The notes beneath the pieces were generated by a model, which saw only the letters and a list, made by a program, of their open reading frames with translations, was not told the DNA's origin and searched no databases. 64,000 bases of DNA from Felis catus (lineage: Eukaryota): NCBI RefSeq assembly GCF_018350175.1, contig NC_058369.1:9178001-9242000 (forward strand), given 5' to 3'. The translations under genes and the position numbers were made by a program. Shown piece after piece: positions 1-8,999 of the stretch; the first letter of the stretch is position 1; each line of letters begins with the position of its first letter.

Positions 1-12
1 GCAGTCCCGAGA

Positions 13-32
13 GCCGCCGCCAGAGGGCGAGC
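13..32 (+). promoter_or_regulatory. Candidate CTCF site in the CpG-rich window start
   Basis: CCGCCAGAGGGCGA at 17-30 resembles the CTCF core CCRSYAGRKGGCR; CpG-rich context 1-130. Confidence 0.5.
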
Positions 33-289
33 ACGCCCCATCGCACTTCGCAGCCCCGCGGGGCGCGGGAAGGACCGGCCGTGCGGCTTCTCACGGCCCC
101 TGCGCCGGCAGCTCCTCGCCTGGGTGCGAAATGGGGGCTACGGGGGTGCCAGGGCCCGGCCCGGCCCCCCACCCAGGCGTCCCCGGGGCTCCAAAGCCTG
201 GGACACGGCTCCCACCCTCTTCATGTGTTTCCAGCCCTCCAGCCTCCACCCCCCACCGGGCTGTTCCCAACGCCTCCAGCACCACCTCG

Positions 290-555
290 GGTCTCTGCAA
301 AAATGTCACCTCCTCGGGGAGGCCTTCTCTGACCACCCTGGGGGGCAGAAGTCCCCGCCCTGACTCCTGTAAGGCACATGCTATTTAAATAACCTAACAC
401 TTCAGACCCTGACATCATCTTATCTTGTACTGCCTGTTTTCTGCACTGCAGTGTCACATCCACAGCGAGAACCCATTTCTGTCTTGCCTCCCCCCCCTCG
501 CCCCGGAGTCCCCAGGGCTGGGAATCACGCCTGGCCTCTAATAGGTGCTAAAGGA
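290..555 (+). mobile_element. L2 LINE 3' fragment, old and degenerate
   Basis: aaatgtcacctcctcggggaggccttctctgaccaccc and ...cctggcctctaataggtgct resemble the L2 3' consensus. Confidence 0.55.
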
Positions 556-589
556 AAAACAGCTATAATGAAGTTAATCATAGTTTACT

Positions 590-780
590 CGTGGTTCTAC
601 TGTGTATCAGCCTCTATTGTAAGCTGCTTGGGTAAAGTATCTCCTTTGAGTCCTCAGAATAGCCCCACCAGGTAGGGAGAGTTAATAACATATGATATAC
701 ATCCCCGGAACCAAAGAGGACGCTGAGCCCCCAGAGGGGTGAAGGGACTTCACAGAGGTTGCACAGCCAGAAAGTTGCAA
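590..780 (-). mobile_element. MIR fragment
   Basis: tcctcagaatagccccaccaggtagg...gaggacgctgagccccagaggggtgaagggactt resembles the reverse-complemented MIR core. Confidence 0.5.
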
Positions 781-784
781 TGCT

Positions 785-958
785 GGGGCGCCTGGGTGGC
801 TCAGTCCGGGAAGCGTCTGACTTGGGCTCAGGTCATGATCTCAACGGTTCACGAGTCTGAGCCCCGCGTCCGGCTCTGTGCTGGCAGCTCGGAGCCTGGA
901 GCCTGCTTCGGATTCTGCGTGCGTGTGTCTCTCTCTCTCTGCCCCTACCCCACCCATG

Positions 959-996
<38 letters not shown>

Positions 997-1037
997 AAAA
1001 CAAATAAAAACATTTTTAAAAATTAAAAAAAAAAAAA
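785..1037 (+). mobile_element. Feline Can-SINE (SINEC_Fc-type), full length with TSD
   Basis: GGGGCGCCTGGGTGGCTCAG tRNA-derived head, (CT)n, A-rich tail. 14-bp TSD AAAGTTGCAATGCT at 771-784 and 1035-1048. Confidence 0.95.
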
Positions 1038-1179
1038 GTTGCAATGCTCAGGCTGAAACCCGAGAGGCGTGGCTGGAATCGTCTGATTTTGCTAAACGGA
1101 GGGATGGATGTGCCCCAGACCTAGAAAGGAGTCCCCTCAGAGTCTCCAGACATCGTGCCCCTGAGTCCCTGTTTCCAGA

Positions 1180-1423
1180 CTTGCCTTTCCCAGTCCCCAC
1201 AGCCCACACACCCACAGACCCAGCCCCCCGGCTCCCTGCCAGGCTGGTGGGGGGAGGGGTGGGAACCCAGCAGGCCTCAGTTTATTTTCCTTCCCACTGT
1301 GGGTTTGCAGAGGTTGGGGGAAAGCCATTTAAAGCAGGTCCGAAGGGCCTCGGTTCCACCCACCAGACAGCAGGGTCGACTGCCCAGGACCCTGAGCCCA
1401 GTCCCAGATTGACAGACGGACAG
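1180..1423 (+). promoter_or_regulatory. DAND5: Candidate DAND5 proximal promoter/5'UTR
   Basis: TATA-like TTTAAA at 1328-1333. RBPJ-type motifs TTTCCCAG 1186-1193, GTGGGAA 1259-1265, TTCCCAC 1291-1297. Confidence 0.5.
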
Positions 1424-1750
1424 ATGTTCCTCCGCCAGCTGATTGCTCTCCTGAGCCTGCTCAGTGGGGCCCACTTGCCCACAGGCTTTGGGAGGCCCGG
1501 ACCCCAGGGGCCCCCATCTCGGCTCTGGGCTGCCACCAATGAGACCCGGGCTCTGGGCCGAGGGGTCCCAGCCTCCCAGGTGCAATCCTCTGCCCTCAGC
1601 AGCTGGAGGGCCTTCTTGGGTCTGCAGAAAACTGGCCGGCTGGGGAGAGGTAGTCTGCAGCAGGGGCAGGAAGCGGCCCCCACCATGTCTCTGCCCCTGG
1701 ACCCGCACGAAGTGACCCGGGAGAGGTGCGAGGCTGTGCCGTTCACCCAG
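1424..1750 (+). CDS. DAND5: DAN domain family member 5 (Cerl2/Coco), coding exon 1: signal peptide and N-terminal region, 109 codons
   Basis: ATG at 1424 gives MFLRQLIALLSLLSG...(hydrophobic signal peptide), an NET sequon, and ends RERCEAVPFTQ. Canonical donor CAG|GTGAGG at 1751, phase 0. The sequence resembles mammalian DAND5, which lies next to NFIX in human. Confidence 0.96.
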
Positions 1751-1959
1751 GTGAGGGTGGCAGGGGGAGAGGAGGGCCGAGTTTCAGCACTGGCGGAGAG
1801 CACAGACGGTGGTCCTGCACAGATCTGGGGTCCGGCCTCGCACCCTCCACCTAAACGTCTCTTATCCTGTTTCCTCCCTTAGAAGATGAGGCCTAAGCCT
1901 TCCCTACCCAACCATGCAGTTACTTCCATCCTGGTCTCCCGCCCTTCTATGGCTGCCTT

Positions 1960-2592
1960 CTCCCCCAGGCCTATTTTTCCATTTGGTGGCCAGAGGGCAC
2001 CTGTGAATACCTGAGTCAGATTTCCTCCTTCTTCCGCTTAGAGCCCTCCACGGCTCCCACTCCAGTCAGAGCAAAGCCATGTCCCTCCCGGGGCCCGCAA
2101 GGCCCGGCACTCTCTGCCTGTCACCTCCCCGACCTCGCCTCCTCCTGCTCTTCTCCTCACCTACTTCACTCCTGCCACACCGGCCACCTTGCTTTTTTCC
2201 GGACACACCAATGCCACATCTACCTCAGGGCCTTTGCACGGGCCGCTCCCTTTGCCTCTGCCATTCCACTCCCCCACCCCCAGATATTCTGTGGCTCCTT
2301 CTCTTCCCTCCTTCAGGTTTTTTTCTCAGACACAATTTAAAGATGCAACACCTTTCACCTGTTCCTTCTTTCCTGCTTTATTTCTCACTGTAGTACACCT
2401 CATCGCCTAACACGTAAAGCTGATTTGGTGGTTGCATTTATCACGTCTTCCTCACTAGGATGTCTTCTCCAGCAGAGCACGGATTATTATGCCTTGTTCA
2501 CTTCTGTAGCCCCATCGCCAGGCCTGTGAACAGAGCCAGGCACGCAGTGGGCGCTCAGTGTTTGTTGAATGAATGAGTGATTAAATGAATAA
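1960..2592 (+). mobile_element. L2 LINE 3' portion in the DAND5 intron
   Basis: cctcagggcctttgcac and ...gggcgctcagtgtttgttgaatgaatgagtgattaaatgaat, the typical L2 3' terminus. Confidence 0.75.
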
Positions 2593-2699
2593 CAGTGCCT
2601 GCCTCCTAAGGGCTATTGGGCATCAGAACGAGACAGATATGGTTATGGGCATTCAGCCAGTGCTCTTTAAGAGCTGTGGGAATTCATGCCGTGTGTTTA

Positions 2700-2825
2700 T
2701 AACCCGGGCTTTGGTGCTACGTGTACCTGGCTTCAAGTTAACTGATGACTTCTGTGTGACCCAGGGGAAGTGGCTTCCCTTCTCTGAGCCTCGTTTCCTA
2801 TCTTGGCAAAACAGACTTAATGACA
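2700..2825 (+). mobile_element. MIR fragment
   Basis: ctgtgtgacccaggggaagtggcttcccttctctgagcctcgtttcctatc matches the MIR core. Confidence 0.7.
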
Positions 2826-3114
2826 GATGTGAATGCACGCAAGGTGTTTGGAACGATGCCCCGCAGGGTGTCAGTTCCCAAGCCCCCTTGGCTCATTATT
2901 CATTCAGCAAACTTTCGCCAAAGGTGATACGGTGGCGATTGCATGGCCTTGGGCCAGCTACCTTGCCCTGAACTGTGCCCCAGTTGCCCCACACAGCCAC
3001 GCACGCTGTGCCCAGCAGAGGGGACCCCTGGCCTGGGATCCAGCTGCGTACCCTCTCCCAGAGCGGCAACTGCCCCGGGGTGGCACAGAGGTGTTCCCAG
3101 GGCCAGCAGCCCCT

Positions 3115-3290
3115 TTCGCAGCTGTGTGGACTGAGGTGAGGGACTACTCTGAGCCTCGGGTTCCCTCATCAGTAAATGAGGACAATAATGGCCCCAGCTT
3201 GTAGCATTGTGGGAGGAGAGAGTTCACCTAAGGTGAGTAGCATGGGTCCCGGCATGGTGTTGGGGCTCAGTCAGTAAGTGTTAGCTTTTG
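3115..3290 (+). mobile_element. MIR fragment
   Basis: ctctgagcctcgggttccctcatcagtaaatgaggacaataatg, MIR core and 3' part. Confidence 0.65.
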
Positions 3291-3294
3291 CTGT

Positions 3295-3665
3295 GATGCA
3301 CCTGCTGGGGTTACAGCCATAAACAAGGCAGAGAAAGTCCCCGTCCCCAGGCAGCTTGTATTCTAGGAGAGGAACGTTAAAAGAAGAGACACAACTATAA
3401 ATTACTACGAGCCCCAGGAAAGAGACCACCAGGGGGGTGACATTTCCCTTGGGGACGCTTCTGAGAAAAGATGCGTTGGGATGAACTCAGGTGGAGGGCA
3501 CAGCAAGGGCAATGGACCAGTGGACCAGAGGTGGGCATGGTGCTGGGTTGGAACAGGGAAGAGGCCGGCGTGGCTGGGGCAGAATGACTGAGGAGGACGG
3601 GGCTCGCAGGGCGGCAGGAACACAGGGTTGAGGCAGAGAAGTTGGGGCGAGTTGATAGAGCCACT
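3295..3665 (-). mobile_element. L2 fragment
   Basis: tgctggggttacagccataaacaaggcagagaaagtcccc...ttgtattctagg resembles reverse-strand L2. Confidence 0.5.
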
Positions 3666-3689
3666 TACTTGGAGGGGACCAGAGGAGGA

Positions 3690-3737
3690 TTTTTTTTTTT
3701 TTGAGAGAGAGAGAAAGAGTGCAAGTGAGCGAGGGGC

Positions 3738-3771
<34 letters not shown>

Positions 3772-3891
3772 GCAGGGCTCACCTGAACCAGGGCTCGAGC
3801 TCACCCGACGCGGGGCTCGAACTCACAAACCTCGAGATCATGACCTGAGCTGAAGGCAGATGCTTAACTAACTGAGCCACCCAGGGGCCCC
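3690..3891 (-). mobile_element. Can-SINE, reverse strand
   Basis: poly-T, (GA)n, then gggctcgaactcacaaacctcgagatcatgacctgagctgaa...actgagccacccaggggcccc. Confidence 0.92.
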
Positions 3892-4089
3892 CATAGGGGG
3901 GACTTTTACTGAACGCTTACTGTGTGCTGGGCAAGAGGCTAGGGCTTTCTGTCTAATCCCCACCAGGTTCCTGTAATACTAGCCTTTTCTGCAATCCCTT
4001 ATCCCGAGAGGTGTCTCCTTCATCATCATCTTCTGCTCAGGAGGAGCGGCCCTTCCCTGTATTAATCCTTTCTGTTGAAAGGGTAGATT

Positions 4090-4232
4090 GGGGCACCAAA
4101 CGAGGCTCGAGGGTTCGAGCCCCACATCCGGCTCCTGTGCTGACAGCTCAGAGCCCGGAGCCTGCTTCGGATTCTGTGTCTCCCTCTCTTTCTGCCTCTG
4201 CCCCGCTCATGCTCTGTCTCTCAAAAATAAAC

Positions 4233-4265
<33 letters not shown>

Positions 4266-4268
4266 AAA
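4090..4268 (+). mobile_element. Can-SINE with a rearranged/deleted 5' head and an (AAC)n tail
   Basis: gttcgagccccac...gagcctgcttcggattctgtgtctccctc body. Tail is an (AAC)n microsatellite. Near-TSD aaagggtagatt / aaagggtaggtt. Confidence 0.85.
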
Positions 4269-4289
4269 GGGTAGGTTGATTTCTCTTTT

Positions 4290-4400
4290 TCCTGGTTGAA
4301 CTTCCATAATTTCACAGGTAAAGAAACAGGACCAGAGAGGCTGGGTAGCTTGCCCCAAGTCACACAGCCAGCCGATGGCAGTCAGGATTTGAACCTGGCC
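4290..4400 (-). mobile_element. MIR fragment just upstream of DAND5 exon 2
   Basis: tttcacaggtaaagaaacaggaccagagagg...ttgccccaagtcacacagc...ggatttgaacc. Confidence 0.65.
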
Positions 4401-4478
4401 TCTCGAGGTGGGGTGGGAGTGGATGGGAGATTATTCTCACCATTCTGGCCCCACACTCCACCGATCTCCCTGTCCCAG

Positions 4479-4724
4479 GTGATCTCCCAGCCCGGCTGCA
4501 CGGCAGTTCACCTCCGAAACCACCTGTGCTTTGGCCACTGCTCGTCCCTCTATGTCCCCGGCTTGGACCCCACCCCACTCGTCCTTTGCAACAGCTGTGT
4601 GCCCACTCGAAAGCGCTGGGTACCCGTGGTCCTGTGGTGTCGGGCGAGCGGCCCCGGCTCCCGTCGACGGATGAAGACGTCTACTGTGCTGGTTGAAGGA
4701 TGTCAGTGCAGCCCGAAGGCGTGA
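4479..4724 (+). CDS. DAND5: DAND5 coding exon 2: cystine-knot DAN domain, 81 aa plus TGA
   Basis: Acceptor ctccctgtcccag|GTG at 4478/4479, phase 0. VISQPGC...LCFGHC...LCNSC...WC...GCQCSPKA* has the CxGxC and CxC knot motifs. Spliced protein is 190 aa with 9 Cys. Confidence 0.97.
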   Translation: MISQPGCTAVHLRNHLCFGHCSSLYVPGLDPTPLVLCNSCVPTRKRWVPVVLWCRASGPGSRRRMKTSTVLVEGCQCSPKA

Positions 4725-4900
4725 TCTGAGCACGATGGAGGGACACGCAAATGTGCACATCTTGGGGAGACGGGGGCAGACGCGCCCAGAAAGATGCCAA
4801 CCTGGATCATGTACGCTGGGTCAAGAGACTAGGGACACAGGGACAGACTGACAGGTCTCCAGCGTCCCTGCCCTGCTCCCAGGGACACCAGGCACGTCCC
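4725..4900 (+). promoter_or_regulatory. DAND5: Proximal DAND5 3'UTR with a GAC-motif cluster (candidate Bicc1-responsive decay element)
   Basis: Several GAC/GACR motifs including GACAGACTGACA (4842-4853) and two short predicted stems. The proximal Dand5 3'UTR is the known Bicc1 target in mouse. Confidence 0.55.
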
Positions 4901-4919
4901 CAGCTGTGGGGGTGGGCCG

Positions 4920-5135
4920 CTCATAATCATAGCACTCAGTTTACCAGGCCCTGCGCTAAGCGTTTGACACACGCTGACTTACGTCATCCCCGAAGCAGCC
5001 CAATGAGATGGGGGTTAGTATCACCCTATTTTACAGAGAAGGAAACTGAGGTTCTAAGAGGCAAAGCCACTCGCTCAGGTCCCACAGCAGTAAGTGGCAG
5101 GTCTGGCATTCGAATCCTGGACAGTGTGGCACCCA
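4920..5135 (-). mobile_element. MIR, probably within the DAND5 3'UTR
   Basis: ccctattttacagagaaggaaactgagg...cacagcagtaagtggcagg...attcgaatcc is the reverse MIR core and B-box. Confidence 0.8.
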
Positions 5136-6189
5136 ACGTTGACCCCTAGGCTGGACCTCCTCTCCCAGAATGAAAGACACGCTCCCAGCTACAGGGAGGA
5201 CAGATGGTCCCACATGGACCAGGAGACACAGGGATGACCCCGTCCTAGGGACCCCCCCCCAAGAAACCAAGACAGGGAGGCAGACATAGCTGCTGGGGGA
5301 GACTTGGGCCCCCCCAAGTCAGAGGCAGGACCCGTGTGATCCCAGCGCCCCTCCTGCCCCGCTCCCTTAAGTTTCCACACAGCCCCATGCACAGTGTGGT
5401 ATTGAACAGGAACCATAAAGGTTGGCCAAACCCAGTTGTGCGTGTGTGTGTGTGCGTGCGTGTGTGTGTGTGTGTTCCTCCAACTGGGGCTCCCTGGGAA
5501 CGGGTGGCCCTGTGTTGGGGTGTGGGCGTCAGGGGTGCTCCCTCCTTAGCTGGGCACAGGGTCTGCAGCGCATGAGGGCAGCCTGGCTCGGGCGGCTGGA
5601 ACCGGGGCCCTGGCAGATGGGATCGTCTGGCACAGACGTGGGGACATGTGGCGCTGTCAGGGCTGACTCCAAATGCCCCCCGGAGCGTGGGGCGGGGTGG
5701 GGGGGGCGGCCAGGCCCCTCTCAGCCCTCTTCCTGCCTCAGGAAGGAAGGCCCCAGGTGAGGGGGGCAGAAGGAGGGGACCCGAGGAAACAGATGGGCCA
5801 GCAGGGCGTGGGAGCCTGCGACCTCTGACCCTACAGGCCTGCACAGAGGGGTGGGAACAGGCCAGGCGGCCAGCTCCCAAGGCCCTGCTTCAAGGGCCCC
5901 GGGTGGGGGGCAGGGTCACCAGGGGCCCACAGGGGGCGCACTCTCGCCCCCCTCCCTCCAGGCTTCTGTGCCAAACCCCAGGCAGAGTCCGAGCGGGCAG
6001 CTCAGCCCTGGCACCGCGGGCACCCCTGGCTCTGGCAGGCACGAGGCGCCTGATTCCCCCCCCCTTCAGCTGTGCCCACCTCCTGCCAGCCGGGGAGCCA
6101 GCTGGGAGCCTTGGTGCCAGGGGGCCCCCGGAGTCCCTGCCCCCTCCTGGGCAGTGCCAGCCGGCCCCCGCCCCCCGCCCCCCCAGGCC

Positions 6190-6385
6190 CAGTAATGGGT
6201 GGGTAATGAGTGCTGGGGGAGCGGGGGAGGGGCGAGGGATGCAGGTGCCACAGGCGCTGGCACGGGGGCCGCTAATCAGGTTTGCCAGCGCCATCTGTCA
6301 CCGCGCGAGCATCTGGGGCTCAAGGTGACCCTGTCACCCTCAGTTACAATTATGAGTTTGGCATCTGTATTAAAGCCCGCCAGCC
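6190..6385. promoter_or_regulatory. Candidate enhancer: E-box/TALE/homeodomain cluster
   Basis: CATCTG x3 (6292, 6310, 6362), CTGTCA x2 (6295, 6331), TAAT/ATTA cores, TCAAGGTGA at 6320. Confidence 0.45.
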
Positions 6386-6984
6386 GGCCGGGCAGGGGAG
6401 GGCTGGGGTGGGCACGGGGGTGCACGACAAGCCCTGTCCCGGGGGTCCCGTTCCCAGGGGCTGCATTGCTGCCAAGGCACGGGGCTTCTCCATGCTTGGG
6501 GGAGCGTGTGTGTGTGTGCGCGTGTGTGGACAGCCTCCACAATTCTGTGAGCGTGTCTGGACGCGGAGCACAACACCCTGGGGGTCCTGGGTTTTTGTGT
6601 ATCTCTGGGTATGGTGGCTGTGTGTCTGAGCCTGGTGGGATGGGTGGGGGCTGGGGGTGGCGCTGAGGCTGTATGGGTGCGAGGGCCCCCATGCGTCCAC
6701 GCGCTGGGGAGAGGAGCCTATGGCGGTTCTTTTCTTTAGGTTGTGTCACGCTGTGTGTGGTGTTGTACCTGTGATGGTCACGGGCTGTGTGTTTTGGGGC
6801 GCGGGGTCTGTAAGATCCTGTTGAAGTGTGCGTGTGTCAACACACGGGGACAGCAGCTGGGAGGGGCTCTGTGGAGTCACCGCAGGGCCCCTCTCCTGTC
6901 CCTTCAGAGCGTCCTTGCCCTCGACAACCTCTGTGGCCCAGGGTCTAGGGTGGGGGGCTTGGGGAAGGCAGGAGTCGGCTCTCA

Positions 6985-7235
6985 GGAGGATTCTGGGCTC
7001 TGGGTTCTTGGATCTGGATTCCGGGTCCTTGGCTTTAGATTCTGGAAGATAGGATTTTTGGATTCTAGATTCTGGGCATTCGGACCTGGATTTTAAATTC
7101 TGGGAACTGAGTTCTTGGATCTGGTAGCTGGGAATCCAGCTTTGGATTTTGGATTCTGAGATCGGGTTCTGAAAACCGTGATCTGGATTTCAAGCTCTGA
7201 ATTCTCGGTCTGGGTTCCCGCTTCTGGACCCTGAT
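6985..7235 (+). repeat. Degenerate 6-7-bp tandem repeat, (TCTGGAT/TTCTGG)n-like
   Basis: Periodic ttctgg/ggatt/gatctgg units over ~250 bp. Confidence 0.7.
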
Positions 7236-8544
7236 GTGTTCTCCAGGCTCTGGGCTGAGCCTGGGCCTGTCCTCTCTGCCCTTCTATTCAGCCTGGGCCA
7301 TCGGGCCGCCCACCGTCTCCCCACGTGATGGGTGCAGGGACCACACATGGCCACCAGGGGCCACCCTTGGTCCAGGTTTGGGCCAAGTTGACCCAGCTAG
7401 CCCGGAGTAGGGGAACACCCTGGCCTGGCTTGACCCAGCCCTTTGAGGTAGAGTGGGGTGGGGCTTTGCTTCCGTCCCTTTCCTTCCCAACCTCCACTGA
7501 TGACAGATGTCTGTATGTCAAACGTGGAGAACTGGACCCAGCAGCCCCACAGACCCCCAGTCTGGACCAGGGGACAGGGAGCCAGTCAGTGAGTCAGACC
7601 AGGGGGAAGGCACATGTGTGTCTATGAAGGTGTCAATGAATGTAGGGAGACATGTGTAGGTGTGAAGGAGAACTCTGTCTCTAGGGTAGGCACATATGAC
7701 AGCGTTTCCTGGAGTGTGAGCCTGTGGGGTGATGTGTGGCTTAGGACCACATGTCTGGTAGGGTCCTTGCACGATGGTGCATCTATGGAACTATATGTGT
7801 AACTGTCGCACTGATGGCGGGCCGGAGTCCCTGTCATGGGTGTGTCTGACTGTAACCGTGACCGTGAGTGTCTCTGGGTGACTGTGGGCATGTTCGTAGG
7901 TGTCACTGTGTCTGTGAAGGTGTCTGGGGTGGCGTCCCCAAGGGCTGGATCTCTTGTGTTGATGGTGTCTTGTAGCGGGTTGTAAAGACGTGCAGGACAC
8001 AGGTTTGCCTTCTAAGAGCGTCAGGCAGGGGAAGGCGAGTCCTCTAGAAGGGAATGGAAAAAAATAAATAAATAAAGGGAGTGGAGAAGGGACTGAGGTG
8101 GGTGGGACCAGAGACCCTCGGAGCGTTCCCCTTTATTTCCTTCCTGGGTCTCTCTGACCCTCCGTCTGGCTGGCTCCCCCATTCGGCATCTCCGACTTTG
8201 CCTGGGGGGTCTCGGTCCTCTGCCTCCTCCCGTTGCCAGGCAAGGCGCCGGGCACAGTGGGCCTCTGTTTCCCACCCAGCCTTCGTCTTCCATCTCGATC
8301 CCCTCCTCTGCCTCTCCGTGGCCCTCTTCCTCTGTCCGTCCTTCCTCGGTTGTGCACGTCTTTCCATCTCGCAGGTCTCTCCAGATCATCTCTCTGTCTC
8401 TCCGCCTCTGTCTCTCCCTCGTCTCTTCTAAGTGTCTTTCTTTTCCCCTCTACGGCCCTGGGCTCTGTCTGTCTCTCCCTACCTCTTGTCTCTCCCTGTC
8501 TTTCCATCTCTCTCCATCTCTGTCTTTCCCCGCCCCGTCTCCCG

Positions 8545-8830
8545 GTCTCTGCCGGACCGGGTGGGTCCGGGTGGGTCCTGGACAGCCCGGCCGGGGCGCC
8601 GCGACGAACAATGCCCCATTCACGCGGCCCGTCGGCGCCATGGCAACGCGCCCGCCCCGCCCTCCCCGCGCGCGGGCCGCGCGTGCCAAGAGGATGCCAT
8701 GGTTACGTCAGGCGCGTGCCCGTCCCGCGCGCCTCCGCCCCGCGCGCTCTTGAAGGGACCAGACCAGCAGGGGGCGCCCGGCCGCAGCCTCTGACGGGAG
8801 TCAGGAGGGGCCGTCCTCCTCGGGGGCCTT
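8545..8830. promoter_or_regulatory. Small intergenic CpG island with CTCF, RFX, SOX and CRE motifs
   Basis: CpG-dense. CCAGCAGGGGGCGC (8764-8777), X-box-like 8634-8647 and 8693-8706, ACAATG-ccc-CATTCA 8608-8622, TTACGTCA 8703-8710. Confidence 0.7.
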
Positions 8831-8896
8831 CAGGAACTCAGGGCCTCAGTTTCCCCTTCTTTAAAACGGCAGTGGTGCGCAGAGTGAGATTGCAGT

Positions 8897-8906
8897 GGGT
8901 GCGTGC

Positions 8907-8939
<33 letters not shown>

Positions 8940-8978
8940 CGAGAGGGAGAGAAAGTGAGACAGAGAGAGAGAGAGCGA
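8897..8978 (+). repeat. (TG)n/(AG)n compound microsatellite
   Basis: Seen directly in the sequence. Confidence 0.9.
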
Positions 8979-8999
8979 GATGGCCCATGAAGTTGCCGT

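Noticed and set aside
785..870. tRNA-like A/B-box sequences here and in the other SINE heads
   Set aside because: tRNA-derived Can-SINE heads with (CT)n/A tails and TSDs, not tRNA genes.
878..1882. 334-aa ORF as a single long DAND5 exon
   Set aside because: The 5' part starts at GTG and is translated SINE/promoter sequence, and the 3' part reads into the intron. Only 1424-1750 fits DAND5.
5925..5941. CTCF-like GCCCACAGGGGGCGCA
   Set aside because: The 5' half deviates from consensus; too weak to call without a PWM score or ChIP data.
6985..7235. Periodic region considered as a CRISPR-like or coding repeat array
   Set aside because: No constant repeat with unique spacers, eukaryotic context, no associated genes.
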